64,000 bases of DNA from Euglena gracilis (taxonomy: Eukaryota). Position numbers and translations under genes: made by a program. The stretch lies in contig CP154954.1 in assembly GCA_039621445.1 (NCBI GenBank), forward strand, positions 9,819,849-9,883,848, read 5' to 3'. Below the pieces are notes generated by a model, which saw nothing but the letters and a program-made list of their open reading frames with translations, was not told the DNA's origin and searched no databases. Shown here one piece after another: positions 23,406-64,000 of this stretch. Numbering within the stretch: position 1 is the first letter of the stretch; the number at the start of each line of letters is the position of its first letter.

Positions 23406-25930
23406 AGCCGAAAGTGACCGTTTTTTCGACCCCCCCCGGCCCCCCGTTTTGGGACCTGAACCAATGCAATTTGGGTCATTTTCAGGTCAAAAAAAAGTCA
23501 GAAAAAAAACGAAAAACCCTGCCCAAGACCATGTTTTTTGGCCTTCCGGAGCCAAAAAAACCAGTTCATATAGGGCATCAAAAATGCGCGTTTGCGCGCA
23601 TAGTAAGAGCTCAGCACTTGGCCCCAATGGGCCGGGGGACAACTTTGGAGGAGGGGGGGGGCATGTTGGGCCCAACAGCCGGGGGGGGGGGAGCCGTGGG
23701 GCAGGGGGGGGGGGGGCATAACGTTGATGTGGCCAACTTGCCACAGAACTCAACCCGTACTGGCGGGTCCTCCTGTACTCTTTATCCCCAACATCACCAC
23801 AATTTGCAGAGTTCCCTCACAGTCTGCTTCAACTTATATTTTGTTGTGTTGCAAAATCTATTCCTTCTGTGACTATTCAAAAACCTTCCCATGGCTGTTG
23901 CAGGGCTTCAAAAAGCAGTCTAGCCCCCCCCCCCCACCCACCGACCAGGTTCCAACAACCCCATCCAGGGAGGGGGGTCATTCACACCTCCTGACCTGCA
24001 ACCCCCGACCAGCGGGTGGTTGCATGACCAGGTACAAATCCCCTGTATGCATAAAAAATTCGGTCACCCTGGTCGATGATCAATGGGGTGGTCATATGCA
24101 CCCCGTTACCTGCAACAACCCAACCAGGGTATTGGGGGGGGGGGCATCACGGACCTCGATTCACTGTCGTTCCCATTATCCCCCCGGGCCACAGTTGGTA
24201 TTTCAAAGACTGCTTCGGCTGCCGCTTTTTCGTGCTCCTGTGCACAATTGCGCGCATTTTCAAAATTTTATTTCTCGGCATCTGGGTCCAGGTTTTTGAA
24301 CTGCTGGTTACATCCCAGTCTTTGGTATGTGAATTTTCATCATTTTCAAGGGCCAAAAGGGCAAGATTTGGTGCTTTTGGCCTCCGAAACATGACGCCGT
24401 GTTACAAATCTCCCCAGGATGACCCCCCAGGAAATAAGAAATATATATTTCCTGAGTGGCAACTGCCAGCGCCAGGTGGTGTTCAGGAAATAAGATAACA
24501 GGTCCACCCCTTTGCCAGGAAAATGAAAAACTGCTCAAGTTGAACCCCACGTGCATAAAGTTCTGTGCACTCCAGATTATTACTGCTCTCCGTGGGTCAG
24601 CCGCATTCAGAAATGGTATTGCCATCGGTCTTGACACCCTCCATTGACTTATTGTTGCGAGCCACTGCAACGAGGGGGGGGGGGGCACAAAGCACAAGCA
24701 CACAGGGTGGGGCCCCCAGGCGGCCGCACGAGGTCGGTCCCACACCATTGCTCACCAACCCCAGAAGAGGATGGATAACCAGTCTTTCAACTTTTTGAAA
24801 CCCAGTCACCCAGAACACTTAGGGGGTGGGCACTTTTTCCCAGGCCCAAACCCACCCACCCACTTTTGTCGGGCAGGGGGGGGGGGTTGGTGATTCTGGG
24901 GCCGGACCCCCCCCCCTCCAGGGGGTTGGATTTCGGCGCGAATCGCCCAAAATTCTTTGGAGAAATGGTCTTAGACGGTCCGATTTCGGGGGGGGGGGTC
25001 TGCAGATAACACCACATTTAATCTGCACTGTTCCGAATGCAGTGACATTCTGAAACCCACCCCCCCCCCCAGAGGTGGGTGGTCACCCCCCCCCCCCGGG
25101 GTTGACCACCCACCCACCCACCCACCCACCCAAAAACCAGCCAAAATCGGCCAAAAACACTGAAAAAGATTTTCCAGCCCAGCCTTCAGCCGGACAAAAA
25201 CCTGACCCATGGCGCACCGAACCCCCCCAGGGAGGGGGGGCCCCGGGGCCCCAACACACCCACCTACTCTCGAAACCCACCCACCCTCCAGGCGGAGGGG
25301 TCGCACGGGTGTTATTTGAATCTATGATCCAGACCATGGGTTTCTTAAGGACCCCCGGCAGGGTCCTTGGGTCGGCTGGGAAAAAAGGGGCTGCCGGGAA
25401 AAATGCTGCCTGCCCACCCCCCCCGCAGGGGTGGGGTTCCGATCCGCCGGCAGCAGGACCCAGCAGGTGCCCGAAAAATGGCACAAAAAAAATCCAAATC
25501 CAAACAAACAAACAATCCAAACAAACCAAATTTACCTGGGGTGGATTTTTTAGCCAAAACTTTAAGGTGAAGCCCCCCAAAACTCAAAAAGTGCCATTTT
25601 GGGCGGCATTCTTGACCCTTTTCAACAATTTTTCGGCGCTTTGTGCCGAAAATGGTTTTGGTCTAACCTCCCTTTGCCCAACTTCATTTCAACAAGGCCA
25701 GGGGGGGGGGGAAGCTGGGCTGGCTGAAACAGTGGCTGGCTGGACCTCCCTCTCCGAAGGAAGGGTCCTCGCAGCTGTCAGCAACTCTGGCCACTTGGGC
25801 CAAAATTTTTAGAAAACTGTCAGTGCATTGTGATGAGACTCTTTTTTCAGTCCAATCGTGGGTCGGTCAGTAAGCAATGGGATGGCCCGGCCTCCTGCAT
25901 CGAGTGCCTCTGTGGCTGGGATGAGGGGGG

Positions 25931-28900
25931 TCAGGGGAGGACCTTCAGGCCCTCGGGGTCGTCCTCGTCGGAGAAGCCTGGCTTGAACGACGGAACCAAA
26001 CCCCTCTGCCGCCAGTCCTGTCCTGTTCTCGGACAAACCTCTGCTACCAGCGGGTCTCCAGCAGTGAAAAAAGGCAGGAAATGCGCCAGCCCCCTCCAAA
26101 ATGCACAAAAAAAAACCACAAAAAATGTTCAAAGTTTGAGAGAAAAAATCGTCAAAACCACGAAGGTGCAGAAACGGCACCAAATTTGCAAGATTTCGAT
26201 GGAAATATGAGGGAATCTGTCAGCTTCAAAAAAATGAAATTTTCAAGGTGCAAAAAAGAATTGCAAAAATGGTCGAAAATGCGAAACATTGGGTAAATCA
26301 CAAAAAAAAATCTGCAAAGAGCAAAAAAATAAATGTGCTAAAAAAAATCAAAAAATGCGCAAAAAGCGAAAAGTGAGCAAAAAAATGCGTATTTGTGGAA
26401 AAATTGGGGGGAAGATGCGCAAAAAGGCGAAGCATATTCCCCCTCCCGGCCAGCAGTGAGCCATTACAATGGACAGACTCGACTGGCAGGGGAAAACGCA
26501 CCTGCAAACGCAAATGCATTGCAACAGTTTGATTTCTGGAGTAATTTGGTGGGATTGGGGACAGGCTGCACTGCTTCCAAAATACATCTGTCCCGTTACC
26601 ACCATATGCTAAGGGCTTATTGCAAATGAACAAACACGGACTGTTTGACGGACCCTCAAACACTCCGTGTTTGTTCATTTGCAAAATTCCGATGGAAATT
26701 CAAATTTCCGATGGAAATTCAAGTTTCCGAGGTCAAAATTCCGATGGAAAAGCGAAAAAAAAAATATTACGACAGAAATGATTCCGAGTGAACGCAAGTT
26801 CCAAGTTTATCGCACGACGTGGCTGAAAAGCACCTCAAAATACCCTTAGAAGGAAGGGAACATTCCTCCGCCAAAGTGCCCACCTCAGCTTGTGGAATAA
26901 ACAACATTTATCCGCTGTTTTGTTTTAAAATGCTCTCATTTGTGTTTTCTTCCCGCCAGCGCAGGGCAGGAAGACTTGTGCACCACCCGATGAAGCGCGA
27001 TGCGCCAGCCAAGCCACTGCCTCAACACCGTATTTGTACAAACAGAGTGGTTGGTCACAACAACGGAGGTCAAAAGCAGGGGCACATCCAACCATACAAT
27101 CTTTTACCGACCCCCGGGGGGGGCACTCAACTTTTCGAAAACCCAGTCAGTCAATTTTTTTGGGGAAACCAGTCAGTCGCCCCCCCCCCCGGGGGGGGGG
27201 GGGGGTCGGTCACTCTGGAATAGGAAATTTGACCAGAAACACGAAAGGCCAAAAAATTTTTCCGGCGCCTTCGGCGTCGGGTCACTTTAATGGTTTTTTG
27301 TCGCCCGGGGGGGAGGGGGTCCGGGCCAAAAACCAGTCAGTCACCCCGAAAAAAAACAGTCACCCACCCCCCCGGGGGGGGGGGGGGGAGGGAAGGGGTC
27401 GGCCAGTGCTTAAGCAATTGTCTGCATCCAACCCGCGTGCAGCTGCCAATCACACGCCTGGGGTTCAGGTGGGAGTTGTCCGCCCCATGTCCAGATCACT
27501 TCTCATCCCCACCCGTCCCATAGTTCAATGGCTTTTCCCGCCAATTTGCCGTGCAATCTTGCTGCAAAACTGTCACCTGGCTGTGAACCCTGCTTGCATC
27601 AAACCCTGGGACTCAGTACAGTCCGGGGGGGGGGGGGGGGGGAATTTAAGAAAAGAAAGAGCACAAATAAAACTGGGAAACTACAGCGCAGGGAAAATGA
27701 AAAGGTGCGGTGGGGGGTCGAACTCGCTCAGACATCTCTGGGCCATATCCCAGGTAATTATTTATGTACACTTTCCATGAACAAACAAAAAAAACAGGCA
27801 AGGGGGAAGATGGGGGGGGGGGTGGCAGTGCCTGGGGCAGGTCAGCACCGTGCTGAGTAAAGCGTACCAGACGGAAAAGGTCAACACGCAGGCTCCGGCG
27901 GTGTCAAACACAACAAATCCACATATGCCGTGCCAAAAAAAGCCCCATCGCAACGGGTGACACGAGTTTCTGGCACATTGCCGGCCTTCAAAAAAAGTTA
28001 GCATCCCGGAACTGTCACTTGACTGGTCGGCCAGCAATGGGGACCGTGACAACTTCCTGTTGTGACTGAGGGGCCAGTGCCAGAGACCCTGACAAACCCC
28101 CAGAGAGGCCATTGCAGGGAAAATGAATGACCTTTGACCTTGACACGTCCGCCAGCCCCAGGTCCGTGACACCTTTCCACGACGACAGGTTTGGCGGTAC
28201 CAGCAACCTCGACAGCGTGATGTTGCCAAGCAGGGTATTTTCAACACCCACACCCCCGGGGGAGGAGGGTCGGGTCCCCTCCCCCACCTGGAACGGGGAA
28301 CCTCCCTCTGCCAACTCCCCCAATTTGGGCCATGTCGGGGCATTTCCCAACAATTTTCCGCACTTTTCGCCGAAACCCATACCCAGGCCTCTGGCCCGGG
28401 ATCCCCCCCCCCCAGGGGTCTGGGCCGGACCTCCCCCACCCCTCCCCCGTGGTGGGGGCGGGTGTTCCGAGTTAAAAAGAAACGCTGACAACTTCTCAGC
28501 TGTGGTCCTTTGGGGGGGGGGGGGGCATGAACATTCGTACAGCACTGCGTGGGAAAGGCACGGGAGCCTGGCCTCGAAGAACCAGCCCCAGGTGTAGCCG
28601 CCGAGGGGGAAGAGGGTGGAGCCGTGCTGGCACGGCTCCTCCGCGTAGCCCACCCACACCAGCAGCGCCGCCAGCCGGCAGACGAACGAAGCAAAGGGGG
28701 CCACCGAGGCGCAGGAGGCCGGGGGCGGGTACTGATAGGGGGGTGATGGGGGGAGGGGGTCGAAAGTCTGCGATGGCCCCGACAGCAAGCCGGGGGCTTT
28801 TTTCTGGGGGGAAAATGGACAGGGGAAAAAATATTAAAAAAGCAAACAAACAATTAATTTTTTTTGTAAATTTATGTATTGGTTGTAAGAAAGGAATTCA

Positions 28901-31265
28901 AATCGAAGACAAAGTTGAGGACTCAGGCAGGCCCTCCAAAAATAGGAAGCAAAGAAAAGGTACAGCATGCAGGTCTGGTCTCTTTTTGAACCTTCCGAGT
29001 TTTCCAAAATTCTAAACCTTCCGAAATTTTCAAAAAAAATCACATTGGCAGTCGTCCTAAAATTACCGGTGTCTTCCGCCACACCGTCAGGGGGCCAGGC
29101 GGTACCCGGGCAGCACGACAGGCCGGGCCCACAGCTGGTAGAGCACCAGCAGAAGCAGTGCCACGGAGGGCAGCCCCGAAACGCAGCCCGCCACAGCGAG
29201 CCCCCGGCTGGCGGTGAACAGCGCGTGGCACGTCGGGTTGCCGCCGGAGACCGCCGCCCCTGTCACAGCCCCGCCGGGGGAGGGAGTCGCGATCGGGCAA
29301 TTCTTCTGGACATCACTTCCACTCTTCCAAAAACCAGTCACTCGGCTTTTCCAGAAAATAAGTCAGTCGCTACCCCCTGTGTGCACTACGGCTGTTTTTT
29401 CGGTGCCTTTTATCCCTTCTTCTGGCCTGGCGCTGTTGTTCGCCTCTGGCCTTTTTGTCTGTGTTTGTGGAGGCGGCCGGAGTCGAAGAAACAGCGAAAC
29501 CCATAAAAAACGGATGGATGGAAAGAACAAAGAAACGAGTCTCCGGGAAACAGAGTTTGCGCAAGACAACTAAAAAATCGAAGAAAAAAAAGCTGACGAA
29601 AGTTCAAGGGTTCCCATAAACGGAAACAAACAATAAAAAAATTGGGCAGACAATGCGGGCTAAACTAAGCAGCTCAGTTTTGGGTCCAAATTTGTTTGGT
29701 GCTTCGTGCCAAAACTTGGCCTGACCCCTGACCCCTGTGGAGGGGGCGGATCCGCCCACCCGCTTGGATGACCAGCCTTAAAAAAATCTCTGGATGCAAA
29801 AGGAATGACAATGACAATGAAAAGGAAAACAATAATAATTAAGTACAGTGTAAATGAAACTTACACTGGAAATAAAAGCAGGGGATTCTGACCCATGACC
29901 GACGATTTCAAAGACAGTTTGAGTTCGTTGTCAGCCATCAAACAAACAACTAACCCGCAACGAAAACCAACTCTACAGCTTTGTTTGACTTACAAACACA
30001 ATTCTGAGATGAGGTGCCTCCGGCACAGCGGTCGGTGTCAAACGATCAATGTGTGCAAGTGGGGCCCTGGCCGCGACGTCATGGGACTCGCAGTACGTCG
30101 GCCCATTGGCGTGCTCGATGCACTTCTCCCGCACGCACCGCCGCTCGGGCTCCTGACCAGGGTGTCGAGTGAGCGTTGGTTTTTTGCACGGGTGGTCCGA
30201 CCCCCCGCCCCGCTCACTCTATGCCTGGCTCATGGCCGCCGTGTGTCGACTTCGGGGCCTCGGTCAACTTCTCTTGCAAACGCAATTGTCCCCCCACTGC
30301 AAGCGGTTTTTTTCCGTCTCACATTGATTTTCGAACTGTTGGGAACATTCTGGTTTCAGAAAATGGGTATTTGTTTATTTTGTTTTATTGGTGAAAAAAA
30401 AAACAATTTATTCGTGAAAAATACAAAAGAAGCAAAAAAAAGTGAAATTTCGGGTGACATATTTTTGGATTCATTCCCAGCAGAGCGAAATCAGTTGCCG
30501 GGGACCCAAAAAACCCGTCTGTTCCTGCCCAATATCCAACATGCCGTGACTTTTTTGAAAGTCTCGATTGCCCCCCCCCAAATGGTGGTGCCTCCACGTG
30601 AGTCCACATGAGAGGCCCATTGAACCCCGAGGGCAGCGCTGGGCAGAGGTACACGTACGTCCGCTCAAAGACCGCGGTGTCCTTCCACGACCAGGGGACC
30701 TCCAGCAGGACAGTATGGGAAGGCCTGGTAGGGGGGGTCGACCCCCCCCCACCCAGCACAGCATTCTAGAAAATTTGAAAATCTTTGTACAAAAACAAAA
30801 CGTGAATCATGTTTGTCACAACCTTTGCAGCGACATACGCGATTTACGTGTTCTTCACCACATTCGCGATTGAGATTGTTGTGTGCAATACTGCATTTGA
30901 ATCGCGAATTGTGACATTGTTGTAGACAGTTGTTGATTCACAAAAATCTTGATTTTTATTGCCAAAACAGAAATGTTTTTGAAAACCTAAATGCCTTTGC
31001 ACAGGTATCTTTTTTTAAACAAATCCACCCGGCGCCGAAGGCACCGGGAAAGATTTTTGGGGTCGAAAATTGGTGCTCCCGGAAATACGGGAGGTGGTGG
31101 GGGGTCGTGTGGTCGACCCCTCCCCCACCACCACCCTGGCTGGTTGCCCGATTCCCGGACTGCCCTAGCCACCAGGGTGGCGCCCGCCAGGCCCAGGCCG
31201 AGGACGGCGATGGCAGTCGCCAGGATGTAGAGGTTCCGGGCGGGGTGGGTCATGAACCGACCCAT
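25931..31265 (-). CDS. Claudin/PMP-22/amastin-like tetraspan membrane protein
   Basis: Approximate exons: 31265-31171 (TM1 LYILATAIAVLGLGLAGATLV), 30700-30645 (VPWSWKD...YVYL), 30130-30073 (WEKCIEHANGPTYCESHD), 29260-29093 (NPTCHALFTASRGLAVAGCVSGLPSVALLLLVLY), 28726-28574 (FVCRLAALLVWVGY...YTWGWFF), ~27882-27840 (TFSVWYALLSTVLT), ~27005-26980, ~26010-25931 (FKPGFSDEDDPEGLKVLP*). Four hydrophobic helices and a W...LW..C...C first loop. The 3' junctions are less certain. Confidence 0.7.
27093..27424. mobile_element. hAT-like MITE, CATAC family
   Basis: Ends CATACAAT/ATTGTCTG; perfect TSD CATCCAAC; CCAGTCAGTC repeats as in 14895-15258. Confidence 0.85.
30706..31167. mobile_element. hAT-like MITE forming intron 1 (30701-31170) of the claudin-like gene
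   Basis: Ends CAGGACAGT/ACTGCCCTA; flanks ACCTCCAG/GCCACCAG (6/8); in-frame join ATLV|VPWSW. Confidence 0.8.
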
Positions 31266-33538
31266 GCGGCGGCCCAGCCCTGCACAGGGAACGGGTTGGT
31301 GGATGGGGGCACTCTGTGGCTCTGGTAACCCCCTCCCAATGGCAGAGTCGAAATTGGGGGGAGGGGGTTGACTCGTGCGACCCAGTTTGGGCTCCTTGTT
31401 GGCTGAACACCTCTGGCCTGGCGGGGAATTGGGGGGGGGGGGTCAGCCGGAGGTGATTTGGAAAGCCGGGATCCGGTTGATCGCAGCTAAAAAAAAAATA
31501 TCACAAAACTGACTATCACGGCCCATTCCAGGAACGGGTCATGATAATCCGCGGTTTTCATCCCCACCGAGATGATTTTTCTTCCCCAGCCCCCCCCCCC
31601 AGGACCGAGTTCAGTTGCCCAAATAATCTTCCCATTTTATTTTTGCCCATACTGCACTAAAAATTTCTCGAGATAAAAGAAATTGTAGCACGAAAGACGT
31701 TTTCTGGATTCATAAATACTTCGCTGAAATAATTGGCATATGTCTATTCTGGAAACTTATGACAAGTGGATAATAAGGCATTTCAAGAAGAAGAAATAAT
31801 CAAACAAAGTACATTTCAGGTCTCACAATTGGCCAACGACAATCTGCCCCAAAATAATGCACCTCCCTTTGCGGGTGGACTTCTTCCAACTTAAATAGAA
31901 ATTACACTCTGGAGGATGTATATGAGGTTTTTGCACAGAAAAAAATGAATGTAATTTGAAATTATTTGAAATCCCCCAAAAAAAGAAAACTGATAACCAC
32001 CCACCTGGTTCCGGGCCGGTTGCAGGCTTTTTCCAGCCAAGGGCATATTCAGGGTTCGATATAAGGATAGGGGTGTGCGGGGTTTAGGTAGAGGGTGTCC
32101 CCCCCTTGCTGGACCAGGGGTGACTCCTGGTCCGACCCAACCACCTGCCCTTATGTCGAAGCCTGGGAAGCCAATTCATCAATACATTATCTGCGCATTT
32201 TCGGTCCTTTCTGGGCCTTTTATATTTATTTTATTTATTTTTTATAATATATTTTCCCATTTTTATTTCAGCATATGAACAAACAATGTGGTACATAGAA
32301 TGTGCTGTCTGTCCTGCTTTACCCTCATTTTAGTATTAGTTAGAAACTGTTTCACCAACCCTTGGAGAATGCTGTTTCTGCTTCTGTTTACCCCAGAGCC
32401 TGTATTTCAAACGAACGCAGCCTATCCGTGTGAAGGGGTTCACCAAAACATGGCACAGGATGAAAAGAACAAGCTCGCAATGCATTTAGCCTGAAGAATT
32501 GAGAGCAAAAAAAGAAACATGTTCTGGAAAACACTTCTGTTTTTTTCAACTATCAACACCAAGAGAAAAAAGACAAATACAAAAGAGAGACGGAGGGGGG
32601 GGGGAGAACTGCAAAGGACTTATAACTGGTACTCCGTGCCCCATGGTGGGCACACAATGCTTCTCTTTGAGGGGGATGGCGCAAGATGTGGCATTGACTG
32701 GTCAGAGAGACCGGCGTGAGTAAGAGCCAACGTGATTTTGGATTTGGTTAAAAAGGCATGAGTGGTAACCATGCCATGCCGATGGTGCCACCAGCCAGTG
32801 AGAAGCAGAAACATACAAAGCAATTCAATCCTTTTGCAGCTCTGCATTGCTTGGCAGTCATCAGGTGGGAAAGAACTGTTTTAAAAGCAATAAATGGTCT
32901 GCCGGTGTGATCCTCCACAGGAAGGAAATTGCGTGCAGCTGTGGGCTTCTCGCACAATCCTTGAGACAATTCCTCAATGCAATATATCATGCTACCTGCA
33001 TTTGCAAGAGTAACCAGACAGGCACCACCGGTGGCCAAACAGCATACTACAGGCAAGAGGGGGGAAGGAACGGTGCGACGGAGGCATGCAACAACAAAAT
33101 CACAGGTGACGCACTGAGGGCACTTTCCATGGGAAAAACCAAGGGTTTGGCACTGGGTGCCCTCCGATGGTGGGGGGATGAGGTGAAATGAGGAAGATAC
33201 GGTGGGTAATTGTCTTGGACGTGGCTGGTTTGGGGGGGGGGAGTGAATGACTGGGGTTTGGAAAAAATAGGTTTTGACCTCCCAGGGGATTGGCAAAGTA
33301 AGGGTTATCTGAAAACCCAAAAAAAAAACCAATGGCACTGCATTAAGTGCGCCGCGGGGCACCGATCGCAGGACAAGGAAAACTTTTGCCTCCATGGACG
33401 TGGCACAAAAACGCGGCGTTGCTGGTTTCCATTTTTTTGCAGTTGTCGTGGCACAAAGAAACCTCCCTTTTTTTTCTCCGCTCGCCTACAGACATCGTGA
33501 GGATACACACGTTATTACAACATCCCACTGGCAACGCG

Positions 33539-33616
33539 CAGGGCTGTACGGGAAGGCCTGGTCGACCCCCCCCAACCCACCATCCACAGATTTTCGGGTA
33601 TTCCTGTATAGTCCTG
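33539..33616. mobile_element. Short CAGGGCTG-family MITE
   Basis: Ends CAGGGCTGTAC/GTATAGTCCTG; flanks GCAACGCG/GCCACACG (6/8). Confidence 0.6.
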
Positions 33617-33851
33617 GCCACACGCTCACCTTTGAACTCCCCAGAAGCATAAGGTGGCCCCCAAGGGGGACAGCAGCGTGGAACGCGGCTTTCCAGCTGC
33701 CTCATGATGAGGTTTGGTGGGCCGGAACACGACCCCGATTCCGGCACTGCCTATGAAAGGGCCCCGGAACAACGGGGGGGGGGGGCTGCACATCAAACAA
33801 CGGACCGGTGAAGTGCAGGGAGGCGAGAGGTAGGGGGTTTGGGGGGCGGGC

Positions 33852-63570
<29,719 letters not shown>

Positions 63571-64000
63571 CACATACCCTTGTGGTTTAGCCGCGTGAAT
63601 GTTTTGGCAATGCTGATTTGAACTATTGAATACAAAAACTGGTGGCTGCGATCTGCCTGTTGGGGCTACAAATGCAAAAACAAAGCAATCAGGAAGGAGG
63701 ATTAATGTCAATAATGTCAAGTAAATATGCCTTCGTCTGTTTCGGCAAAGTGGGAAAGCGGCCTGGAAAAAAAACGCACGGAGAAGAGTTAGAGTTGGAA
63801 AAAAAAGTTGTTTTGGAGCAATGCTTTGAGGGGGAAATTATCTTCACATACAAACAAAAGCATGGAAAGAACCACATGTAAAAAAAAAAGCATCGAACTT
63901 CAAAACAATGAATGACAAATGATGGATGTTTTGCCCCATGCCGTGGAGGTCGTATTTGAGGCCGAACACCACCGATGGTAACGGTATTCCTGCCCTGTGG

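Noticed and set aside
28130-28240. Exon-like segment (LLGNITLSRLLVPP)
   Set aside because: Lies between paired intron ends (CAGGCTCC.../...GGAGCCTG) that join WFFE to the fourth TM segment, so probably intronic.

Overview
Eukaryotic, intron-rich nuclear DNA. It is almost certainly from a euglenid (Euglena-like), because short GC-rich exons are joined by a mix of GT-AG introns and euglenid-type nonconventional introns (no GT/AG, base-paired ends, N3-CAG...CTG-N5/6). Four minus-strand genes could be assembled by hand: the 5' part of a kinesin (kinesin-7/CENP-E-like motor, runs off the window start), a complete mitoribosomal mS23-like gene (8657-15704), a claudin/PMP-22-like tetraspan protein (25931-31265), and a very large multi-exon IQ-motif/B-box/coiled-coil gene (about 33852-63570). 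Introns and intergenic DNA are packed with short non-autonomous DNA transposons (MITEs) rich in G/C homopolymer runs, plus microsatellites. Main observation: many MITEs have CA(G/T/A)...(C/A/T)TG terminal inverted repeats (TIRs) and 8-bp target-site duplications (TSDs), which is hAT-like. Where such an element lies in an exon it appears to be the nonconventional intron itself, with the inferred splice sites cutting the 8-bp TSD 5|3 so that the message is restored without a scar. This points to an intron-generating (introner-like) transposon system, including a probable zero-length exon and a probable 5-nt micro-exon created by recent insertions. All splice junctions are inferred from sequence and reading frame only; no transcript data or database searches were available.
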